A DNA stretch of 46,892 nt from an uncultured Nitrospiraceae bacterium (GTDB lineage Bacteria > Nitrospirota > Thermodesulfovibrionia > Thermodesulfovibrionales > UBA6898). Position numbers and translations under genes: made by a program. The stretch covers positions 1-46,892 of the forward strand of contig CAWEQH010000003.1 in assembly GCA_963811165.1 (NCBI GenBank), given 5' to 3'. Of the stretch, positions 1 to 10,921 are shown piece after piece (position 1 is the first letter of the stretch; each line of letters begins with the position of its first letter). The notes under the pieces were generated by a model. That model did not search any database, was not told where the DNA came from, and was given only the letters and a program-made list of their open reading frames with translations.

Positions 1-150
1 ATTATGCCTCGTACCCTAAGGTGGCAGGAGAATGCGGGAAAGGCTTACTCCAAACTGGACAGGTGGACGCGGATGGCGATACTTAATATCGACAATACGG
101 CCCTAGTCTAATTGGCTTTTCATCCCTGGGCACTTGCTAGGTTAAGTCAT

Positions 151-1071
151 TTATCTAAATCCTCTTATTCCCTCGAAATATTTTATGCCTTCCTTGCAGG
201 AAATAATGAAGGATCGCCATCCCCATTGCCATCCATATATTTTTGTGACATAGAACAGTCTTTTAAAAGCCTTTATGAATAAAGTACTCTTCTCATATCT
301 CTTCATCTGTTCCTTAACCCCGATCACATTCATGTATGCGCAGATCCATGAGTCCGAAATGGATCCGAAGTGCCTTTTTACGGTCTCCAGACATTCTTCA
401 TAATGTTTCTCCTGCAGGACAGTTGTTTTGGTTTCGCTATGCATTCTAGAATTTGCGAAATGCTTTCCCTTGAGGAATGCAATCATCGTTGAAGGATAAT
501 ATTTCCCAATTCTTATCCAGTAATCATAATCCATGCAAGTTTGCAGATCGACATTAAGGTCACCGATTTTTTTGAAGACCTCTGCCCTGATAAAAACCGT
601 TGGCTGGCATATATAACACGATTCAGCAAGCCGCTCGAATCTGAATTGTTCAGTTGAATATTCGCCAGTAATTCTTCCATCCCTGTCAATAAAATAGGCG
701 TCTCCATATACCATGACAACCTCAGGATGTCGAGCAAAGTACTCGGCCACTGTACTGATCGCGCCGGGGAGATAGGTGTCATCGGAATTTAACCATCCAA
801 GAATCTCGCCTCGTGCCATGCTGAACCCCTTGTTAACAGCATCAGCCTGTCCCCGATCGGGTTCTGAAACCCAGCGTATTCGTCCCTCGAAATGAGCAAG
901 GATGTCGGTGGTGCTGTCAGTGGAGCCTCCATCGACGACGATATGTTCGATCTTGGAATAGTCCTGGGAGAGGACACTCTTTATCGTCTCCTCGATAAAC
1001 CCCCCCTGGTTAAGTGAGGGAGTTACTACGCTGACCAGGGAGGGTATAGTTTTTGCCGGAATCTCAGCCAT
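151..1071 (-). CDS. Glycosyltransferase family 2 (WcaE/PGL-like)
   Basis: SVVTPSLNQ, VVDGGSTD, GQADAVNKG, WLNSDD, CQPTVF and MDYDYW motifs; intact 306 aa ORF. Confidence 0.93.
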   Translation of the reverse strand: MAEIPAKTIPSLVSVVTPSLNQGGFIEETIKSVLSQDYSKIEHIVVDGGSTDSTTDILAHFEGRIRWVSEPDRGQADAVNKGFSMARGEILGWLNSDDTYLPGAISTVAEYFARHPEVVMVYGDAYFIDRDGRITGEYSTEQFRFERLAESCYICQPTVFIRAEVFKKIGDLNVDLQTCMDYDYWIRIGKYYPSTMIAFLKGKHFANSRMHSETKTTVLQEKHYEECLETVKRHFGSISDSWICAYMNVIGVKEQMKRYEKSTLFIKAFKRLFYVTKIYGWQWGWRSFIISCKEGIKYFEGIRGFR

Positions 1072-1157
1072 AATACATGCACTTCCCCAGTAGCAGGGAG
1101 TATTTTTTCACTAGCATCTGGGGCATGTATGATATGAAATGCGACAATGTCACGCTC

Positions 1158-1511
1158 CTACCCGTTCGTCTGACACAAATATGCATTGCCTCTGCGGACA
1201 AGAAAACCCATAGCGAGCACAAAAGTTGTGAAATGCAAAGGCCATAACCGCGCAATCCTCGCCCGATAAAATCGTCCAACGGCGGGCAAACCGCTAAGTG
1301 TCGGGTAGGAATAGGCAAGCACAAATCCTGACAAGATAAAGAAGAAGGTGACAGCTTGGGCAAAATTAAAATAGTCACCCACCGCGCCGGGAATACCAAA
1401 ATTTCCCCTCGAATGATGCAGGACGATCATAGTCGCAGCAATAAACCTGAGTGCAGTAAGCGCGTCTAATCGGCGAACCATAGAACCGGCAATTACAAAC
1501 CTCCTTTCCAC
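1158..1511 (-). pseudogene. Truncated acyltransferase family 3 (OafA-like O-acetyltransferase), N-terminal fragment
   Basis: LDALTALRFIAATMIVLHH, FFFILSGFVL and FYRARIARLWP are Acyl_transf_3 N-terminal motifs; only ~117 aa are present and there is no room for the rest before the next gene. Confidence 0.8.
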
Positions 1512-1555
1512 ATTTGCAAAAACCTAGCGATCGAGTTGATTACTATTGTATCGCC

Positions 1556-2527
1556 TTAATGCCGTCTTTGCCTTGTCTTCAGCCATGTATGTACACGGTG
1601 AATGCCCTCCTTAAGGTCGATCTCAGGGCTCCAACCCGTCTCAGACCTAAGAAGAGAACTATCAAGAACACTGATGGGAACATCATATCCTCTCGATTGC
1701 TTATAAACAACTTCTACGGCGGCATGGATCTCCCGCTGGATAAGGGCAACAATATCGGTTAATGAATGCCCTATCCCGGTGGAGATGTTAAACACTCGGG
1801 AGCCGCCCTCGTGGCGGATGAGTTTCAATATCCCGCTAACAAGATCTTTTACATAAAGGTAATCCCGCTTGCTTGTGCCATCCCCCCATATTTCAATAGG
1901 ATGCCCTGAAAGCGCACGATCGAGAAAAACGCCGATAACACCCTGTCCGATATTGAGTTGTTGGCCTTCGCCAAATACATTTGCAGGTCTGCATATCCGG
2001 TATTGAATGCCGAATAGATCAGCATACATAGATACATATTTCTCTATGGAAAGTTTAGAGATGCCGTAGGAGGAAATGGGGTTTGTAGGGTGATCTTCAT
2101 GAATAGGATTTAGTTTTGGTATGCCGTAAACAGTACCGCCCGAGGAGACATATATCAACCTCGACAACCCTGTCTTGTCAAGTGAGGACAACCACTTCAC
2201 AGATGAAACAATATTGCTCTGTACGTCGTAAGACGGATCTATCATCGATGAACCAGGCACGGTAGTATGAACTAAATTCACGCAAACATCCATTCCTTGG
2301 AGAGCATTCAGCACATCCTCATGTCTTTCGATGTCTCCCTCAGCGATCTCAACATCTCCCTGGAAATCGCCAATCAGATTTCTTGAACCATATAATTTAT
2401 CAAAAATACGCACTCTGTATCCTTCATGCATCAAGGCACGGCAAAGATGACTGCCGATGAAGCCAAGCCCTCCCATGACTAAGACCCGAACACGATGGGT
2501 ACTTTTTTGAAAATCTTCGTGCTTCAT
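1556..2527 (-). CDS. NAD-dependent epimerase/dehydratase (extended SDR, GalE-like)
   Basis: GGLGFIG Rossmann motif, SSGGTVYG, catalytic YGISK (YxxxK). Confidence 0.93.
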   Translation of the reverse strand: MKHEDFQKSTHRVRVLVMGGLGFIGSHLCRALMHEGYRVRIFDKLYGSRNLIGDFQGDVEIAEGDIERHEDVLNALQGMDVCVNLVHTTVPGSSMIDPSYDVQSNIVSSVKWLSSLDKTGLSRLIYVSSGGTVYGIPKLNPIHEDHPTNPISSYGISKLSIEKYVSMYADLFGIQYRICRPANVFGEGQQLNIGQGVIGVFLDRALSGHPIEIWGDGTSKRDYLYVKDLVSGILKLIRHEGGSRVFNISTGIGHSLTDIVALIQREIHAAVEVVYKQSRGYDVPISVLDSSLLRSETGWSPEIDLKEGIHRVHTWLKTRQRRH

Positions 2528-2565
2528 TTCACTTTTTATGTATCACATATCCAGGATAAGAGAAT

Positions 2566-5151
2566 CTACATTTGCTCATAGTAATATGAAAGCAGCTCGT
2601 CGATATAGCGGTCGAAATCAAATAATTCTTCGGCAGTGCGCCTTGCCCCTTCTGATAACCGCTTAAGGAGCTCGGGGTCAGAAACAATTTTCATAAGGGC
2701 CGCGAGCATCGCCTCAGTATCGTTTAATGCTACAACAAATCCGTTGACGTTATGCAGTACCGCCTCTTTCTGCCCACCTACATCATAAGTGATTACGGGC
2801 ACGCCGCAGGCAAGAGAGCAAAGGCATGTCAAAGAAAGGTTTTCCGCCTGAGTAGGGTACAGTAACGCATCGCAAAGATTTAACGCATTGCACAACTCGT
2901 GAGGATATCTCAGAAATGGCAAAGAAGTGATTTTTAAGCCTGAAGGAACAATGTCCTTCACTTCGTCACTCCCCCGCCCGACAACAAGCAGCTCAAACTC
3001 ATCCGGATTTTGAGAATCAAGATCGCCCAACGCCTTGATAATGGGAAGTATGCCTTTCCGGGGGTCGGTAATATAACTGTGGAAGAGACCGACAACGAAG
3101 CGGGAACCCAGACTTACCCCGAGACGGTCCGCGCATACTATGGGGGAAATCTTCCGATTTGAATTGATATCAACTCCGTAGTGCAGCACCCGGCCGGGCC
3201 GCTGTCCGACAAATGTAGCTTGATAATGTGATGCCAATGCTTGTGTATGAAACAGCATGTTAACTTTCGATGACCTAAAGAATATACGCTTCAGATGCCA
3301 TAACAAACGTGTGGCATCCCTTGAGATTCCAGGATACGGCTCGGCTAGCCTTGGACATGACCCGCAGCCGTGCAGGTATCTCTCACAACCCATCGCATAG
3401 GGACAATACCCGGTAGACAGGAATTGATCAACGGGAGAGAGGACAATCCGTTTTGTCCAACTCACGAGGCCCAGTAGTGGTATACTGACATAATGTGCGT
3501 GCAAATTATGGAAATGCCAGATATCAGCAGAGCGAAGCCAGCGGCTAATACGCAGCAGAGCCGTGGAAGGGAAAAAAATATCATTCCATCCGGTCAACCG
3601 GGATAGTACGCGCTCTATAATTTTTTCCAAAGGAAATGTGGGAAGCCGGCGGACAAAAAAAGGCGGGTTATCGTCCATCTGTGAATTCATCACGTAGACC
3701 CGCGCATCATGCCCACGAGCAATCAGCGCCTTTGCCGTATTGTAGATAAGATGTTCGCACCCCGACCCCACACCAGCAGTGGAAGAAGAAAAAAAAGCTA
3801 TACGAAGCGGGGTATTCTTTATGTGGGTTTTCAGCCCGGATGCCTTTGAGTCCGACAAAGTGCCCGCAGGGTATTTTACTGTATCTGTGCTATCTTTCTC
3901 GCTGACTCCCAATTTGCTAAAGAATATCACAGGAGGTATATTCGGCATTGATTGAACCGAAATAATATGTTCTCCGCCCGGCTTTGGACACGACACGACG
4001 CTCAAACTAAAGTATGCTGGGCCCCAATTTTCCAGGGCGGGAACAAAATATCTGTCAGCAGTTATCCTGAACACCGAGAAGCGTTTGTTTGACGACAACG
4101 GCAACGTTATTGATATCGGCCGCTTTAAATCAATATCCCAGCTTTTTCCATCCAGATTAAGATACAGACGATGGGCACAGAGTCGTGGTACCGGGGCTGA
4201 GAATACCCAGTCCATCGTTGGTCCAAGAGTCTGCTTGTCGATAACATAGAGCGCCTCGGGACCTGTCCACCCGAAAGATGTCGTACCACGGACAGGGAGG
4301 ATACCGTTTCGTGAGTAGCGTTGCCAGATGTCTAACACCGCGCCGTTAAATGCATCCTCACTGCAGCCCTCTTTGATCCACTCAAGAATGGGCCTAGATT
4401 GTTGCTCCCACTTCGTCAGTAACCGCTTTCTTCCCGCTTCGGAAAACGGCCATTCCGAAAGCGTTATGGAGTAACGCCTTCCAAAATTCTCCCTAGCTCT
4501 TTTCATTTCATCCACATAACGTTCAGAAGAAGAACTTTTCTGGCCTTCCAGCATGCGGTGCATTCCGAGTATCTCCGGCAGGTAGGTGGATTTCCCTTCT
4601 CGAAAAAGGCGCAACCAGAGGTCGTAGTCCATCGCACCCCAATAGGACGGATCCACTCCCCCAACACGGGCATAGAGGCTACGGCGCATAAATGTCGCCT
4701 CCTGGTTAATAAGATACGGAGTCTCGAAAAGGTCTTTCCACGTGACAGGGACATGCGTGCCCAGTCCCACCGGTACAGAGTGCGCATCAATCATCAGACA
4801 GTCGCCGTACAGGACATCCACATCGGGATGCACAGAAAAGAAAGCTGCAACTTTCTGGAAGGCACCAGCCGGGTAGGCGTCATCGGAATTAATCCAGGCA
4901 ACGATCTCACCGCTGCCCATGGCCAGCCCCTCAGCTATGGCAGCAGACTGACCATCGTCTTTTCGCGATCGAAAATAAGCCAGCTTCGGTTCATACGACC
5001 GGATAATGTCCGCACTGCTGTCCGTTGAGCCCCCGTCCAAGACGTAATAGGAGACTTCGACCCCCGGGCACTCCTGCGACATTACGCTTTCCAGTGTTTG
5101 TCTTATATAGATTCCCTGGTTAAAAGAGGGAGTGACAATATCAAATCTCAA
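2566..5151 (-). CDS. Multidomain glycosyltransferase: N-terminal GT2, central domain, C-terminal GT4 (WcaC-like)
   Basis: IVTPSFNQ/DGGSTD/WINSDD at the N-terminus; WHFHNLH, CxGCxSCP and ENLSLTCLCSLACGVPV at the C-terminus; TTG start. Confidence 0.88.
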   Translation of the reverse strand: MRFDIVTPSFNQGIYIRQTLESVMSQECPGVEVSYYVLDGGSTDSSADIIRSYEPKLAYFRSRKDDGQSAAIAEGLAMGSGEIVAWINSDDAYPAGAFQKVAAFFSVHPDVDVLYGDCLMIDAHSVPVGLGTHVPVTWKDLFETPYLINQEATFMRRSLYARVGGVDPSYWGAMDYDLWLRLFREGKSTYLPEILGMHRMLEGQKSSSSERYVDEMKRARENFGRRYSITLSEWPFSEAGRKRLLTKWEQQSRPILEWIKEGCSEDAFNGAVLDIWQRYSRNGILPVRGTTSFGWTGPEALYVIDKQTLGPTMDWVFSAPVPRLCAHRLYLNLDGKSWDIDLKRPISITLPLSSNKRFSVFRITADRYFVPALENWGPAYFSLSVVSCPKPGGEHIISVQSMPNIPPVIFFSKLGVSEKDSTDTVKYPAGTLSDSKASGLKTHIKNTPLRIAFFSSSTAGVGSGCEHLIYNTAKALIARGHDARVYVMNSQMDDNPPFFVRRLPTFPLEKIIERVLSRLTGWNDIFFPSTALLRISRWLRSADIWHFHNLHAHYVSIPLLGLVSWTKRIVLSPVDQFLSTGYCPYAMGCERYLHGCGSCPRLAEPYPGISRDATRLLWHLKRIFFRSSKVNMLFHTQALASHYQATFVGQRPGRVLHYGVDINSNRKISPIVCADRLGVSLGSRFVVGLFHSYITDPRKGILPIIKALGDLDSQNPDEFELLVVGRGSDEVKDIVPSGLKITSLPFLRYPHELCNALNLCDALLYPTQAENLSLTCLCSLACGVPVITYDVGGQKEAVLHNVNGFVVALNDTEAMLAALMKIVSDPELLKRLSEGARRTAEELFDFDRYIDELLSYYYEQM

Positions 5152-5368
5152 CTCTTTATTTTCCTCAACTTCTCAGGGGGCATATATTTATACGCATGAA
5201 CTCAATGCACCGGATTTTCCAGAATATATGCAACCAAAGCCGTCATACAATATTTCCCTTAATATCTCCGAGTACTCTGTTTACTCATCATAATATATTG
5301 TAGCCCACGTCGGCTGAATTTATAAACAAACTCTGACTAATATTATCGAACAAGGAATATAAATATTA

Positions 5369-6514
5369 TCAGGAATCAAATCCTATAACATCGCCACTTG
5401 GCCAAGCGGGGAACCTATAAAAGTCCGCCTCCAGAAGATTGCTGTCAACTAAGGACTGGTATGCCGCCGTCCCGGGAGCAACGCGCTGTGAAGACAAAGA
5501 AGGATCACTGCTATTTAACGCCCAGCAAACAAAATCTACTCCCAACGCACGCCCAAAATGAAGGAAATCTCTCATCTCCTCTTCAGAGTCGTTCCAATTA
5601 AACAAAAGGGCTTTTAGACATATCCACGGCAGCTTTTTTCCGGCTAATTGCTTTAGTCGCACAAGATTTTCGATATTAGCTTCTATGCGTCGAATATCAG
5701 GACCACACCCGGCATATTTGATAAGTCCTTCCTGCGTATGCCCCCCGTGCAACGATATAGTGAGAAAATTGACCTTATGCTCGATAAGCGCCCTTGCTAT
5801 GGCATCATTCAGCAGCATGCCATTCACTGAAAGATATAAACACAGTGTGGGATTCTCCGTTCTCAAGTCGCGGATAATATCTATAATATGAGGGTGTAGA
5901 AATGGCTCACCATAATTATAGAGGCGAACCTGCTTTATTTTAGGGATCGCGGGCAATATGTTTTTGCAAAAGCTGCTCATATCGATGAACCCAATGCGGC
6001 CAAGTTCTCTTAAGCCGGAAAAACATCCCCGGCATGAATAATTACAGGATGCTGTTGGCTCGATCACGAGGGAGGTTGGAAAGGGATGAGATAGTTGTTC
6101 GAATTGTCGAATCATAGCAAGATCATCTGTCTTCTTTGCGTTGAAGGCAGCCATGTATCCGTTGTCAAGGCACATCCTGCAGAGTGGAGAATCCCAATCG
6201 GTGCCTCTCTCATTCGCGTCAACATTCTTAAGGTGCCACCGCAAGAAGTTTTGCTGCCATAACACATCCAAAGTCGTTTCGTTGATATTGCCAAGAGTAT
6301 TAGTTCCCTTGGCATCGAGGCAGCACGTTGTCACGTCACCATTTGATAGGATAACGAGTTCTCTCAGGTAAGCAAAACAGACAGGTACGACATTCTGTGA
6401 GCCCGTATGTGTTCGCACAACTTTTTTTTGACGGGGGGAAAATTGCGTGTCCTTATTTGCCCTGTCTTTGCCGGTCTTGCTAAACCATTTCGGAAATAAT
6501 TTATTGAAAAACAT
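5369..6514 (-). CDS. Radical SAM protein with N-terminal SPASM/twitch-like domain
   Basis: CNYSCRGC (CxxxCxxC) and YGEPFLHP in the second half; C..GDVTTCC..LGNINE..L..LW..CRMC in the first half. Confidence 0.85.
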   Translation of the reverse strand: MFFNKLFPKWFSKTGKDRANKDTQFSPRQKKVVRTHTGSQNVVPVCFAYLRELVILSNGDVTTCCLDAKGTNTLGNINETTLDVLWQQNFLRWHLKNVDANERGTDWDSPLCRMCLDNGYMAAFNAKKTDDLAMIRQFEQLSHPFPTSLVIEPTASCNYSCRGCFSGLRELGRIGFIDMSSFCKNILPAIPKIKQVRLYNYGEPFLHPHIIDIIRDLRTENPTLCLYLSVNGMLLNDAIARALIEHKVNFLTISLHGGHTQEGLIKYAGCGPDIRRIEANIENLVRLKQLAGKKLPWICLKALLFNWNDSEEEMRDFLHFGRALGVDFVCWALNSSDPSLSSQRVAPGTAAYQSLVDSNLLEADFYRFPAWPSGDVIGFDS

Positions 6515-6536
6515 GTTAACTTCTGTTATGAGGCCG

Positions 6537-7262
6537 CTATATATTAAGCGCCTTTTTTCTCAGGATATATCCAACGGAAGTAAGGCGATGATATAATTTT
6601 TTATTAAATCCCCGGCCATAGCCCATTTCAATATACATCTCGGGAGGTATAAAATAGGCATCTTCATCGCTCGTTATTTCTTCACGGGTCCACGGATGGC
6701 TTTTGGGGTCAAGCAGTTCCATGTCCAGGTAGGCGATATCGTCACGATAGTCATATCCTGGCGTTAGATCAAGGTTCATGAAATAATCTACGGTCACAAT
6801 CAGCAACCCACCTGGCTTGAGTATACGGCGAAACTCCTTTAGACATGGGTAATGTGCATGAGGCCGCTCTGGGGTTAAGATATGCTCTAGCACGCTCACA
6901 CAGGTTATACGGTCAAAGGCGTCATTAGCAAATGGCATGTCAAACATGGTGCCATGGTGATACCGAACAACGCCATCATGCATTTTTACCCATTCTTTGG
7001 GTATTCCGTATGTGTCAGGATAGTCTTTTTTTTCTCCCTGCAGATAGTCCAACCCGTGTGCTTCACATCCGAGCCCATGCAAATATGCAGGGAGTGGTGA
7101 CTGGCCGCAGCCGGCATCAAGACATATCAACCCGCGCGAAAAAAGTCCATTTTCGAGTATCCATGGGTATTCCCAGCACCTAGTCCCATAAGCCCAATCT
7201 GCCCAAAGTTTCTTTTCACTAACATATCTTGCAATTGCACTGATCCTCGCGTAATCTATCAT
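6537..7262 (-). CDS. Class I SAM-dependent methyltransferase (Methyltransf_11-like)
   Basis: CLDAGCG motif I, FDRITCVSVLEH, LKPGGLLIVT. Confidence 0.9.
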   Translation of the reverse strand: MIDYARISAIARYVSEKKLWADWAYGTRCWEYPWILENGLFSRGLICLDAGCGQSPLPAYLHGLGCEAHGLDYLQGEKKDYPDTYGIPKEWVKMHDGVVRYHHGTMFDMPFANDAFDRITCVSVLEHILTPERPHAHYPCLKEFRRILKPGGLLIVTVDYFMNLDLTPGYDYRDDIAYLDMELLDPKSHPWTREEITSDEDAYFIPPEMYIEMGYGRGFNKKLYHRLTSVGYILRKKALNI

Positions 7263-7352
7263 CCCCTTACCTCATCGTAAATGAATATCTATAAATTCTT
7301 CCATATTAGCATACTTCAACTTCGTCTTGTTTCGGTATTAATACTGTAGGCC

Positions 7353-9907
7353 TTAAACAGCCTTAACCCACGCCTGGGCGTCCATAGCACGACTGCCTCT
7401 TGCTCTGAGATGAACGCCAAATTCCCTAAGACCTTCGTATTCCCCAGAAAGTACAAGGAAAGACTGTGGACCCCAATCCTGTAGCAGCACAAATTCATCC
7501 TGTTTTTTGGCCCAGAATTTGAACTCAGGATCTCGGTACCCCTTGGATTCCGCCTTTAATATGAGCGCATTTCCATCACTGCTTAAAGAGATAACAACTC
7601 TTTTATTCAATGTCAGCCGCTCGCATGTTGTCTTTATTCTTCTGCCAACCCATGAGAGTCCCATTCCTTCGCCTAGTATTCTTTTCAACGTTGCCGCATA
7701 TCCCGGCATCAAAGGTGTGGCTACATGCTTGACATGAGCACGGATAAAAGACATCACCGCGCCGAAACGTTTCCGGTTGTCCAAAAGTTTCATTGTTGCG
7801 TCGAGCAACCTTTCGGCATCGGCATAGTGCTGGGTAATACCCCCGGGGCTTATCTTATACATCAGGGAAAGCTTCCAATAATGGGGTGTCCAAGATGACG
7901 GCCAGTATCGCCTGCTTACATTGATTAATTCTATCCTCGACCCGTAATTATCAGCAAAACATTTTGCATCAGGGTGGATACGATATCGGGCTATGTATGT
8001 ATGTACACGTTCAAATCGCACCTTACGGCTCATGCGCAGCCACAGGTCATAGTCCATCGCAAAGTACAAATTTTCGCGTAACGGGCCGCAGGCCTCCCAG
8101 ACTGCCCTGGTCCAGAAAATTGCTGGCTGACTGACCGGGGGTATCGCCAAAAGCGAAGAAACATATAATGGCTATAGTAGGAATATTGGTTTGCCGGATG
8201 ATCGGACATGAAATTTCCATCCGCATCGGTAAATCGGCTGTATCCCATTACAACACTATGGCCTAGCTGAATGTCTTTCACAACAGCGCTTACGGCGCCG
8301 GGCTCATACTCATCGTCTGCGCAGAGCCAGGCAAGGATGCTTCCCTGTGCCATGGCAAACCCCTTATTGATGGCATGAGACTGACCACGGTCTTTTTTTG
8401 AATGGATAACGAGATGGGGATATTTCTTGCAGATCTCCAGTGTTTCATCCGCGGAGCCGCCATCCACAATGATGTGCTCAATTCTCGGATAATCTTGTTG
8501 CAGCACGCTCCTAATACATGCATCTATCCATCGGGCCCCGTTAAAGACAGGGGTAATAATCGATACAAGCGGCAAGCCAGTTGTTGCAGCCCTTCCTTCA
8601 TCATTTGACATAGAATTATTCCGCACATTCCGAAGCAGTCTTTCGACAGAGTCATTAACAAAGCGAAATGGTCTCGTTATCCTCCATGAAAGGCTGGCAT
8701 GAATATTTGAGAGAGCTTCTTTTTTTTTCATCAGGTCCTCTGCCTGCCTATTTATCTCCACATCGCGGCGGCCGAGTTCTTGCGCAAGGCGGGTGATCTC
8801 CATATTGCGCCTGGCGATCTCCTCTGCCTGCTGTCCGAGCAAATCGACGCTGGCTTGAATTCTCTCACGTAGATTTTCAATTATTTCATGCTCAATCGCG
8901 CGGTCCGCCCCGATTTTTCTCAATTGTACTTCAAGATGGGTCGGCACAAAAGACCAGACCGCTTTTTGCGGCATATCAGAAAAAATAAAATCCAGCAATT
9001 CCGCCCCCTGGCCACACCAGCGGCTGTATCCCTCAGTTGCAGACTGAATCACAGGTCCGGCAAAGGCATCCGCAGAGGGAAATGTCAGCGGCCGGGGGGC
9101 AGCAGGATTGTACAAAAGTCCGTTTATTCCATGCGTAATATACTCATTCATGGTCGGATGATCCGGCGCCACGATAAACTTCCCCTGCGCCATCGCTTCC
9201 ACAAAGGACATGCCTATCCCTTCATACAGTCTCGGGACAAAGAAGACATTTGCCCGCGATGTTGCCTTGAAATAATCTTCACGGTTATCGAACCACTCGG
9301 ATAAGGTAATATTATATTTCCTGATTTCTTCGTCTGTCGGCTCGATTTTATCACACCCAGGCGGGTCGACGGCGAGATGGAGATGAAATGATCTGAAGTC
9401 AGCGCCCTCTACCAAGGTACGGATATGCTCCCAGGTTATGTCGCCTGTCCTCTGCCAGAAAAAACCACGCAGGCCGTTGTCTTTGCAGACCTTAGCCGCA
9501 GGCATGGCGGGAGGCAAGAAGAACTGGAAATATCTGGATCGTATTCCCAGGCGGCCTAGCTGCTGATGCAGCGCCTTCGAGAAATTAACCACTTTGAAGT
9601 CGCGATACTGAAGCCAGTACACATCGGACCAGCTGCCGCTATGATCGTACATGGGGATAAGAACGATATTCCTGCATCCGCTGTTTTTCAACTCTGCAGC
9701 TGAATATTTGTCGATCACCTGGAAAAAAATAGCGGTATCGAATCCCATCTTACCCAAGCGTGAAATGTCCGCACGCGGGCCATTTATCCACGACTCATCC
9801 CAGAATATCTCGACATCATATTCCTGCCTGAGCATATCCAACAGGAAAAAGGTAGCGGTGGACTTCTGATGAAACGAATGATCAATGAACGCAACCCGCT
9901 TATTCAC
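7353..9907 (-). CDS. Multidomain glycosyltransferase (GT4-like + coiled coil + GT2 + C-terminal domain), one frameshift
   Basis: ORFs 8030-9907 and 7353-8150 join at the G5 run near 8137-8141 (..FWRYPPVSQPAIFW..AMDYDLW); EGIGMSFVEAM, coiled coil ending SLSWRITRPFR, IVDGGSAD. Confidence 0.85.
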
Positions 9908-10197
9908 ACTCTACCCCCGTCGCCCCCAGAAAGATTATTATTCATCCCTGTCGGCAGACGCCTTAACACTAAACTGTTGCGGCTCGTGCAATGCGAATAC
10001 GCATCCGAAAAGGACTGCAATGCCACATTGCCGCAACAACGCTGTCTGTAAGATGTCCTCAATTTCTTTTCATCGTCAGGTATCATTCTTTACCCAATAA
10101 GATCTTTCTCATACCCCGTTGCAACCAACAAAACACCAAAGCGCGATCAGCACCATAGCGGTCCGCCCGAAAATGGCATCGCTTCTCAATAATGCAT

Positions 10198-10770
10198 TTA
10201 CTGGAAGTCATAGTGGAAGATCCTAATGTCAGGCTCAAATGTTTGCCTAACAAGTTCAACAGTCTCAGGGGTATAGTATTCCTGATACGGCTTAGTCTTG
10301 GATACATTAATTTTAGGAAGGGACGTAGAAATACCAATGCGCGTGCAGATATCCGCGAAGTCATCATCCAATCTCTCATATTTTCCTATGAAATCTACAA
10401 GTTGTTCTCCATTTTCTGAAAAAATAAAATCCTTCTGAAATCTGACTTCCTTATCACACCGCCATCGAATGTAGCCCTCGAAATTGCCAAAGCCCTTAAC
10501 AAGGGCGTGCTGGTGGTGCTGCTGGCTAGTGAGCATATATGTATAAAGCGAGACCTGCCAATCCCATGGGTTGCGCACAAAAGCAAAGGAGAAAAAAGAT
10601 TTATAGGCCTGTTCTCCCATGATAAGAATAAGTTCCGATGTCTTAATGTGGGGAGGGTAAATTTGTGGATCCAATAACTTTGCATATGGTTCTAAAGCTC
10701 GGGAAATGCTTGATCCCGCAGTTTTATAAATGTGCATAAAGATAAACTTATGTGTTTCAGACAATACCAT
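10198..10770 (-). CDS. Sulfotransferase family 2 (HNK-1/chondroitin-ST-like)
   Basis: KFIFMHIYKTAGSS (5'-PSB) and FAFVRNPWDWQVSLY (3'-PB) motifs, FIGKYERL. Confidence 0.88.
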   Translation of the reverse strand: MVLSETHKFIFMHIYKTAGSSISRALEPYAKLLDPQIYPPHIKTSELILIMGEQAYKSFFSFAFVRNPWDWQVSLYTYMLTSQQHHQHALVKGFGNFEGYIRWRCDKEVRFQKDFIFSENGEQLVDFIGKYERLDDDFADICTRIGISTSLPKINVSKTKPYQEYYTPETVELVRQTFEPDIRIFHYDFQ

Positions 10771-10921
10771 CTGCAGTTCTCCGTCTCAGTCGTCCAAAAC
10801 CACTGTCCGCCTATTACGAAACATAACGATAAAACTTCTCAATAGATTTATCATAGCCCATTATGGTTTAATGTATGAAATCTTTCTATGTCCCGGACAA
10901 GTTCCCATTCAATCTGCATCG

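Noticed and set aside
8137..8141. Phase-variable or programmed frameshift in the glycosyltransferase
   Set aside because: The run is only G5 and similar single-base slips occur throughout the window, consistent with sequencing error
9908..10197. Small ORFs between the sulfotransferase and the glycosyltransferase
   Set aside because: No recognisable motif or convincing RBS
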